NCBI GenBank assembly: GCA_964524895.1
Contig: CAZGFG010000003.1
Coordinates: 34,023 to 98,022 of the forward strand
DNA length: 64,000 bases
Direction: 5' to 3'
DNA from: an uncultured Gammaproteobacteria bacterium
Lineage (GTDB): Bacteria > Patescibacteriota > Microgenomatia > Daviesbacterales > UBA10151
The position numbers were made by a program, and so were the translations under genes. Of this stretch, positions 57,135-64,000 are shown one piece after another. Positions within the stretch are counted from its first letter, which is position 1; each line of letters starts with the position of its first letter. Under the pieces are notes generated by a model that did no database searches, was not told the origin of the DNA, and saw only the letters and a list, made by a program, of their open reading frames with translations.

Positions 57135-60100
57135 ATGGCAGAAAGACTAATGCCTGAATCTGCTCCACAAATTATCTTAGCCAGTCGTAGTGGAAAAGAG
57201 ATTGGCAGCGTGCCCATTTCTCCTGTAGAGAGGGAAACTTCTCCAAAATCAGAATTCGAGCATATCAGAGATCAGTACCTTGGTGCACAAGATAGGTATT
57301 GGGGTTTATGCAGCGTAGATTCGACAAGATTGCCTTCTTCTGCAGCTATATCTCACCGATTGTCGTTGGACGAAGCTAGAAACACCCTTAAAGGTTATAA
57401 AGATCAGATTATGGAGTTAGTAAGGGAAGCAGAAGATGGGCATGACCTTCTGGTTGAAATACGTCAAGAACAAGGGGATCGCTATAAAGAGTTAAGAAGT
57501 CTTCCTCCTGCCTCTCGGTCGGATAATTTGGGAAAGATTTTTGCAGGAATAGATTGGGAAAAGGGATTGTGGCAATTACCTGGTTTTAGGGCTTTGGAAT
57601 CAAAGTTTAAAGGGTTACCTAACTTCTTGTGGGAGGAAACGATACGGAGCACAGCCAAGGATATAAGGCGGGACTCTTTGACTGAGGAAGTAAGAGATAG
57701 ACTAATAAGTAGAAAAGATCCTAGGGTAAGTATAGAGCCGGATGTTGATGTTGGAGACCATATGTTTGTAGAGCTAAAACTTCAGAGGGAAATAGATAGG
57801 TTGGTTGAATCAAAAGTAGCCCTCTCTCCTTATATGGAGCAGGTAAGATTTCGGGTTGAAGAGGAAAGCGAAATTATTCCGGCAGGGTCTGAATGGCTAA
57901 ATTACGCGGAGAAACAAGTACCCAACGAGGCAATTGGTAAGGTTTATGAAAAAGTGGAAGAGATAAGAAGAGAAAGTGACCGTATGCTTTTTGTAGCGGT
58001 AGTGCGCTTAAGAGACGAGTATGGGATAGATATTGAGCCTGATCATAAGATTGTGGAGAGGATGAGAACTTTAACCGAAGCAAGAATGAATGCCAAAGGG
58101 GGAGCCGAAACAGTTAATAAAGGCGGTTTTGAATACATGCTTCATTTTCGGGAAAATTACGCCAATAATTTCAGAGGCCATTGGGCGGCTACCTATGCGG
58201 AAGACCCGAATGTGGCGCTGGCTTTCCATTATCTAAGCCATGGAGTAGATACCCAAATTCTTAAGGATAGTAACCAGGGAGAATATTTTAGAGGGTGCCC
58301 AAAAGAGGTGGCCAGACCAAAAAATGACGAAATTCAAAGGTACCAAAAGACGGCTCAAGACAAGATGATAATAGGACTGGCAAGTCATGAGCTGGTTCTG
58401 AAGGCTCGGTATGATGCAAGAGTAAATGATCCGGAGGAAAGAAGAAAAATGGTTTTATTGTCGAGGTCAGACCGTCAGAAGAGAGAGAAGCAGATTTTTG
58501 CTGAAGAACGGGACCGATTCCTTAGCGAACATCCCGTTTTTCAGGAAACCAAAGCTAGATGGGACAGGAGGGATGCAGCGGAAGCAGCTACGAGAGGCAT
58601 ACCGGATTTGGCGAAGTTGGTCAATGTTGATGGGAGATTAGTTGATGATAAGACTAGAAGAGATGCAGTCGAAAGAATAATTTTGGATAAGATAGGAGAC
58701 CATGATCCTTTAGTGGATAATCTCGCCTACCTTAGCGTAATTAACAGGACTAAGAATGGTGAAATAGATAACCAACAAAAAGGTGTGCTTATTGGGGAGA
58801 TTAGAAAAAGGGGAATTTCCGACCAAGAGAAAGCAGCGCTTATCAATGAGGTAGAGGAGGGGAGGGTTACTCAAGAGCAAAAAGATTTATTAACCGACAA
58901 AAAACTATGGGAGTGGGTAGAAGTCAGAAACAAAGCGCATAAGGATCAAGGCTGGTACCCTACGCGTTGGGACGAAATTAGGTATTTAATTGACCGCCCA
59001 GAAAAAGTACTCCTTAGAGCTTTAAGCATGGAAGAGTTTTTACAGATGTATCAATCGGTAGATCTTCCCTCCCTTACTCCTAAAGAAAGAGAAAAAAGGC
59101 TCAAAGCGGCTATCCAATCATTGCAAACAGCTCAAACTTATATGTTATTTGAAGGTATAGCGAGTAGGTATGGTGGTACTAGGCTTGAGATAAAAGATGA
59201 AAACGGGAAAGAAATTTACAGCCCATTCTTTGCAGAACTGTGGAACATATTAGATAAAATTGAGGAGGTAGATTTTTCCACTCTGCCTCAAGGAACCGGA
59301 GATGACGTAGACAGTAAGAAGATAGAATGGTACAAGAATCAACAGCATACCGGAGAGACCGCTATAAGTTACATTGCCGGTGACGGAAAGAAGAGGGAAT
59401 TTGTAATTAAAGGAAAATTTGTTGTTAGAGATCTATTCCGGCGTTATAAAATGTCTGGGCGTTTGCCGATGTGGTCATATTATTTGACTGCAGACGATAC
59501 CGCTCTAAGGTTTTTTGCTGATGCAATGGGGGTATCCCCGGAGAGGAAAAGAGAATTAACAGAGATTCTAGAAGGAGAGAGAAGGATATTAAAGCAGGTT
59601 AAAGATAAATTGGTAGATGCTTTTATGTTGGATCCCGATAATAACCCTCATAACCTTAAGGTTAAAGCACGCAGGGTTAATTGGAAGGGCGGCAATATCG
59701 ACTATAGAAAACTTTATGATGCTAGAATGTATTGGTCGACCTCCGGAGGAGCAGTTGCTACTGACCTCTTACCTATTATGGATCTTGGGATTGAAGACCA
59801 GTGGCAGATGGAGGGGCAGGAGGATGCCAGAGAGTTTACAAGCTGGGTGTGTAGAAGAGATGAATTAGAGGATAGGGAGGTAGAATTATACAACGTGTTA
59901 AGCCCCGTAGATTACAACAGGATGTTAGGGGGAGCCGAGGAGCTAAAAAAGTTGATAGGAGGGGGTAAGGTCAAAGATCGACAGGTCCAAGGCCTTCTTA
60001 ATGATTTGCTGAACGGAGCTTATAAGATTAGAGTTATGGCAATTGACTTAGGATTTTCTGACTGGCTTCAAGATCAACCTTTAGAAAATCTGAGATGGAC

Positions 60101-60542
60101 AAACGAAATGTACGATAAACTAAATGAGGAGCACAAAGCTGGTATGAATAAAGCTTTGCTGGTAGCAGCAGACGTATTAAAGAATCTCACAGACGTTTTC
60201 GATGCTAGAAGGTTGGTAGAAGTTCGTTATCCGAGAGCGCCTAAAAATTGGCTATATGATAATACAGAGATTTGGTATAGGGTGAAAAAATTTATCAGAT
60301 ACTCCGAGCAGTTTAGCGAGCCACCTTTTGCATATGCGACTCAAGCCAGAACCGAATTTGCTATCCGCTTATACGAAGATTACCTGGAGGCAGCTGGGTA
60401 TATTTTGCCCAGCAAACCTAGTAAAGGCAAACCTATTAAAGCCAGTATTGAATTTAGAGAGTCTTTATTCCCAGCGGAGGTTAGAGAAGAACGAGCAAAC
60501 AGAGCATACGACGCAAAGAGCAATACAATTGTCCCTGCGTGA
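57135..60542 (+). CDS. Large soluble hypothetical protein (1135 aa)
   Basis: Long ORF, charged and probably helical, no TM or recognised motif. Confidence 0.75.
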   Translation: MAERLMPESAPQIILASRSGKEIGSVPISPVERETSPKSEFEHIRDQYLGAQDRYWGLCSVDSTRLPSSAAISHRLSLDEARNTLKGYKDQIMELVREAEDGHDLLVEIRQEQGDRYKELRSLPPASRSDNLGKIFAGIDWEKGLWQLPGFRALESKFKGLPNFLWEETIRSTAKDIRRDSLTEEVRDRLISRKDPRVSIEPDVDVGDHMFVELKLQREIDRLVESKVALSPYMEQVRFRVEEESEIIPAGSEWLNYAEKQVPNEAIGKVYEKVEEIRRESDRMLFVAVVRLRDEYGIDIEPDHKIVERMRTLTEARMNAKGGAETVNKGGFEYMLHFRENYANNFRGHWAATYAEDPNVALAFHYLSHGVDTQILKDSNQGEYFRGCPKEVARPKNDEIQRYQKTAQDKMIIGLASHELVLKARYDARVNDPEERRKMVLLSRSDRQKREKQIFAEERDRFLSEHPVFQETKARWDRRDAAEAATRGIPDLAKLVNVDGRLVDDKTRRDAVERIILDKIGDHDPLVDNLAYLSVINRTKNGEIDNQQKGVLIGEIRKRGISDQEKAALINEVEEGRVTQEQKDLLTDKKLWEWVEVRNKAHKDQGWYPTRWDEIRYLIDRPEKVLLRALSMEEFLQMYQSVDLPSLTPKEREKRLKAAIQSLQTAQTYMLFEGIASRYGGTRLEIKDENGKEIYSPFFAELWNILDKIEEVDFSTLPQGTGDDVDSKKIEWYKNQQHTGETAISYIAGDGKKREFVIKGKFVVRDLFRRYKMSGRLPMWSYYLTADDTALRFFADAMGVSPERKRELTEILEGERRILKQVKDKLVDAFMLDPDNNPHNLKVKARRVNWKGGNIDYRKLYDARMYWSTSGGAVATDLLPIMDLGIEDQWQMEGQEDAREFTSWVCRRDELEDREVELYNVLSPVDYNRMLGGAEELKKLIGGGKVKDRQVQGLLNDLLNGAYKIRVMAIDLGFSDWLQDQPLENLRWTNEMYDKLNEEHKAGMNKALLVAADVLKNLTDVFDARRLVEVRYPRAPKNWLYDNTEIWYRVKKFIRYSEQFSEPPFAYATQARTEFAIRLYEDYLEAAGYILPSKPSKGKPIKASIEFRESLFPAEVREERANRAYDAKSNTIVPA

Positions 60543-60564
60543 GTCATATAGATATTGGAGATAA

Positions 60565-62211
60565 CTAAACATTCTTTTTCCAGGGCCAGGGAGGGTTTTT
60601 CTTGAGCTCTTGTACCTTAGAAAGGCCTCCCAATGTTGTGCGATAAGTCGGTTCGCCTTTAGTTCTCATCACCTCTGTTTGGTCAAATAAGCCTCTAACG
60701 CTACCGCTAGCCTCCTTTATTCCACCAGTTCCCTGATTAATATAACTTTGCCCTCTCCCCATACCTGTATTTATAGCTTGTTCAATCATTTGTCCTCCTG
60801 GTCCGGGCTTACCGATAGCTTTACATATTATATCAGGAATAGCCGGAGCTGCGGTTAATGCTCCAAATGCCAGCAGTATTTGTACAAATTTTAAATTAAG
60901 ACCGCCCAGCAGTGGAAGAGCTGCGCTATCTGTTATATTAGGAGCTCCAGATATACTTAAAGGGCCAACTGTTTGTTGGAGTACAAAGGCAGCAAAGTAA
61001 AATATTGCCATAACAGCTGGGAAGGACAATACATTACAAAGCATATTTCTAACCCAATCGGTAGCAATGCTTTGCCTACCGGGCAAAGAGGCTGCCAAAA
61101 AGTGAAAAGGGGCGGTGATAGTTAAAAAGATGATACTTAAGTAGCATTGGATTAATCTAAGAAGCAGCCTTAACATGGAGTAGATCAAAGCAGCTAGAGC
61201 GATGACCCAAAAGAATGTTCCAATTATTTGCGAAGTAAAAATGGTTGCAGCCCCTATCCCGGCAATTAATCCTAGAATGGGGCTTACAAACGACGAATAA
61301 GGTCCTGCTATTTGCCCTACCTGGGCTCCGAATTGAAAAGCTACTACTCCTGCAAGGAGATGTATTGCAGTGTTAGCTGTTCCCTGAATGTTGCTTAAGA
61401 CTAGATCAATGGCATCTACAATTTCTCCGCGTGGGAACAAGGAAATAAATTGACTGAATATAGTCAGAGCGTTTTGGTTTCCAGTGTCTCTTATCAAGCT
61501 TGCTTGAGGATTTCCTGAAGTTTGGGCTGTTTGAAAGTAGTATCCAACCAGATTAGTACCAATGAAAGCAAAGTCTATAATTAAGGCTGCAAAAAAATAG
61601 CTGAAAGTAATCAATATAAGTCCTATAACCAGTCCCGGCAAGGCTGCCTGTACGGTAATAACAGTTTGAGGGTTAACCCTTTGTCTAAACATTACCATAA
61701 GCCCAATGACAACAAACACGATTGCCATAATGATATAAGAAATATTCCTGGAAACTGCCCAGAGGCTGATAATGGGGGAAAGAACTTGGTTACCTGATCC
61801 TCCAATAGTTTGTGCGTATGCTTCTTTTACAAAACCTAAATCCTGCCGCATAAAAACAAAATATTCATATGTTCGCACAGGAGGATTTAGATAAAGTGCT
61901 CCTATATAACCAATAGCTGAACCCAACACTCCATAATTTGGCTCATATTTTGGTAAGTTTCTTGTGATATCGAAAGTTTGACAAGGATATCCAAGAATAG
62001 ATTGTCCTACTAGGACGCAACTGTAAGTATGAGTCAGGCTGTTTACCAAGGCGTCAGTATATTGAGGGGAAACAGAAGGCATATAGGAATCAGAATAAGT
62101 TGCTGTACCGGTAGCTATAGGTGTAGTTTGGGCATAAACAGGAACAGTAAACAGTAAAAAGTAAAAAGTAAAAAGTACAGCAGCGATTATAAATTTTTTT
62201 GGGGCAGACAT
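60565..62211 (-). CDS. VirB6/TrbL-like polytopic membrane protein
   Basis: Signal peptide, many TMs, WAVSRN...GLMVMFR, TITAPF, Gly-rich tail; T4SS context. Confidence 0.7.
   Translation of the reverse strand: MSAPKKFIIAAVLFTFYFLLFTVPVYAQTTPIATGTATYSDSYMPSVSPQYTDALVNSLTHTYSCVLVGQSILGYPCQTFDITRNLPKYEPNYGVLGSAIGYIGALYLNPPVRTYEYFVFMRQDLGFVKEAYAQTIGGSGNQVLSPIISLWAVSRNISYIIMAIVFVVIGLMVMFRQRVNPQTVITVQAALPGLVIGLILITFSYFFAALIIDFAFIGTNLVGYYFQTAQTSGNPQASLIRDTGNQNALTIFSQFISLFPRGEIVDAIDLVLSNIQGTANTAIHLLAGVVAFQFGAQVGQIAGPYSSFVSPILGLIAGIGAATIFTSQIIGTFFWVIALAALIYSMLRLLLRLIQCYLSIIFLTITAPFHFLAASLPGRQSIATDWVRNMLCNVLSFPAVMAIFYFAAFVLQQTVGPLSISGAPNITDSAALPLLGGLNLKFVQILLAFGALTAAPAIPDIICKAIGKPGPGGQMIEQAINTGMGRGQSYINQGTGGIKEASGSVRGLFDQTEVMRTKGEPTYRTTLGGLSKVQELKKNPPWPWKKNV
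62143..62177. repeat. Heptamer tandem repeat in the signal-peptide region
   Basis: aacagta aacagta aaaagta aaaagta aaaagta. Confidence 0.75.
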
Positions 62212-62261
62212 ATATTAAGAGTAGACCAAAAGCATTGTACTTTGCAACTTAAATCTTCTGC

Positions 62262-62594
62262 TTAGGGTTTGGCTGATGGGCATGTAGGGAAGTTGGGTAA
62301 ATTGTTGCACAGAATGCTTAAGTCAAATCCGGTAATACCCGGTACCCCGGCAAAGGTGGCAATAAGTTGAAGAATCAACCAGGCTACTGCCAAAAATAAT
62401 ATCCCCAACAATGCCCAAGTTAAGGCTTGACCGGCTGCCTGCAATGCTTTTGGTTCCCCTCCGGAGGTTAAAAATTTAATACCACTGACAATCAGCATGA
62501 TAAAAAGAGCTACAAAAGCAAGCCCTACCGAAAAGGAGATAATTCTGGCAAATAAATCTTCAAGCTCTTTTAAGCCGGCAGGAGGTGGCCCCAT
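62262..62594 (-). CDS. VirB2/TrbC-like pilin
   Basis: Two TMs joined by GIKFLTSGGEPK...A...LTWALLG. Confidence 0.8.
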   Translation of the reverse strand: MGPPPAGLKELEDLFARIISFSVGLAFVALFIMLIVSGIKFLTSGGEPKALQAAGQALTWALLGILFLAVAWLILQLIATFAGVPGITGFDLSILCNNLPNFPTCPSAKP

Positions 62595-62639
62595 ACAATA
62601 AATTTAGCATTATAAGAAGAAAGTTATCAATCCCTAGTA

Positions 62640-63035
62640 TTAGGGTTGTCTGGTGGGGGTGGGTATAGTGAACTGGGTAATGCTGGGGAAGCCCAAAAAT
62701 TGAGCTGCTACAGTAGCAAGGGCAAAAGCCACAGCCAAAACTGCCAAACCGATTAGAGCATTCAGGATTTTATTCCTGGCTTTACCGACTGCCTCCTTTT
62801 CACCGCCTGATGTGATCCACTCAAATGCTCCCCAAACCAACATAGCCAAAACTGCAATCACCGCAATAATAAAGGATAAAGTTAAAACATTGCTGATAAA
62901 ATTGCCCAAATCAGTATAGCCCAAATTAGTAGAGCCTTGTCTAGGAGGGGTTATGTTAAGAGGAACATCAGCAAATGCCACTGTTGCCGAAGATAAAAAG
63001 CCTAAAGTGGACAATCCTGCAACCATTTTTTTCAT
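62640..63035 (-). CDS. VirB2/TrbC-like pilin
   Basis: Signal peptide; WGAFEWITSGGEKE...ARNKILNALIG. Confidence 0.8.
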   Translation of the reverse strand: MKKMVAGLSTLGFLSSATVAFADVPLNITPPRQGSTNLGYTDLGNFISNVLTLSFIIAVIAVLAMLVWGAFEWITSGGEKEAVGKARNKILNALIGLAVLAVAFALATVAAQFLGFPSITQFTIPTPTRQP

Positions 63036-63092
63036 AATCTAATCCTATCATAGGCAAACAAATTTTGCTTGTCAATAGCTTAAATGGGGAGA

Positions 63093-63500
63093 TTATTTTG
63101 TAGGATCAGTTTGCAGAATAGCTCTGCCGTAATCTAAATTATAGATATCTTGATTAACAAAGAAGTGAAATCCGGTGAATTCTCCTATAAGCGCCAAAAC
63201 GGCAAAAGCAATAGCCAAAAGAGCAATGCCGATTAAGGCACTGGTAATCCTTTTTTGAGCAGAAGCTATCTTTTCTTTCTCTCCGCCGGATATCAACCAC
63301 TCAAATGCTCCCCAAATTAACATAAAGATCAAAGCTACCCCTGCTATTGAATAGATTAAGGTAATTAAGTTGGACAAAAACAAACTTATTCCTGCTGCTC
63401 CTGTTTTATCTTGGTCTAAAAAAGGCCGCAGCTCTGGTGGGGGACTAACAGTCCCGAATATGTCTTTGACATCTTTACTTGCTTGAGATAACAGCTTCAT
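63093..63500 (-). CDS. VirB2/TrbC-like pilin
   Basis: WGAFEWLISGGEKE...AQKRITSALIG. Confidence 0.8.
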   Translation of the reverse strand: MKLLSQASKDVKDIFGTVSPPPELRPFLDQDKTGAAGISLFLSNLITLIYSIAGVALIFMLIWGAFEWLISGGEKEKIASAQKRITSALIGIALLAIAFAVLALIGEFTGFHFFVNQDIYNLDYGRAILQTDPTK

Positions 63501-63502
63501 TT

Positions 63503-63883
63503 TTATCCTCCTATCAGTTGCAAATCCTTTATTCCAAAAAGGCTAGCCAGTAAAAATTGGATAATTAGAAAAGTAGCCATCAATAGTACAAATCCTATAA
63601 TAGCATGTGTGATCATTTTTTGGGCCTCCTGTAGTTGTTCTTTCTCGCCTCCGGAAGTAAGGTATTTAAAAGCCCCCCAGATAAAATAGACAACTACGGC
63701 AGCAGCAGCCACAGAGAAGGTAGGGGCTACCAAATAGTTTGTACCGGACCCCAAGTCTTTAATATCCCCAAATCCGAAAGTGTCTCCTATGTCTACCTTA
63801 GCCAGAACCGGAGAAGCAAAAAATAGACTGCCGGTCGCTGTTACAAGCCCGAGGATAAACATAAAGATTCTTCTTTGATTCAT
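63503..63883 (-). CDS. VirB2/TrbC-like pilin
   Basis: Signal peptide; WGAFKYLTSGGEKE...AQKMITHAIIG. Confidence 0.8.
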   Translation of the reverse strand: MNQRRIFMFILGLVTATGSLFFASPVLAKVDIGDTFGFGDIKDLGSGTNYLVAPTFSVAAAAVVVYFIWGAFKYLTSGGEKEQLQEAQKMITHAIIGFVLLMATFLIIQFLLASLFGIKDLQLIGG

Positions 63884-64000
63884 GGGTTAACCCCTTCCAA
63901 CGGCACCCCTCCTTTAATGGGGAAAATACCTGCTGCCCATTGGGTGACCAGATAGGCCAATATAACAATTACCAGACCCACCAACGCCCAAGTGATACGG
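63880..64000 (-). CDS. Fifth pilin-like gene, C-terminal fragment (cut by window)
   Basis: Manual translation RITWALVGLVIVILAYLVTQWAAGIFPIKGGVPLEGVNP*; ATGA overlap with the next pilin. Confidence 0.7.
   Translation of the reverse strand, partial: RITWALVGLVIVILAYLVTQWAAGIFPIKGGVPLEGVNP

Noticed and set aside
46910-64000. Integrative conjugative element or prophage
   Set aside because: No integrase, relaxase, att repeats or phage structural genes visible; the window edge limits certainty

Overview
64-kb chromosomal window from a low-GC bacterium with compact, often overlapping genes. Gene content and style suggest Patescibacteria/CPR, Microgenomates-like (inference). It holds housekeeping and envelope genes (pcrA 3' end, femX-like, sbcD-NUDIX-sbcC, metG, tatD, groESL with CIRCE, murB, tsaD, valS, rplY, rnhA) and the origin region (jag-yidC-yidD-rnpA-rpmH | dnaA-oriC-[nuclease]-dnaN). 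Immediately after it lies a minus-strand T4SS-like locus: five VirB2/TrbC-like pilins, VirB6-like, PrgI, VirB4, a transglycosylase/C39 dual hydrolase and a lipase-fold protein. Most notable: (1) a cobalamin-riboswitch-like leader hidden under a mis-called ORF start, in front of an orphan island inserted antisense in the T4SS locus; (2) two gene-terminus duplications with 72-73 nt offsets flanking the same REP-like hairpin family (3D gene 3' end, tsaD 5' end); (3) a lipase-fold protein sharing a C-terminal domain with its neighbour; (4) a T-box antiterminator with no visible Stem I upstream of valS; (5) a membrane-anchored PD-(D/E)XK nuclease between oriC and dnaN; (6) in-frame mini-palindromes and heptamer repeats inside genes, and frequent leaderless promoter geometry. 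No CRISPR array, rRNA, intact tRNA, integrase or transposase was recognised. All calls were made by eye; no searches were run.
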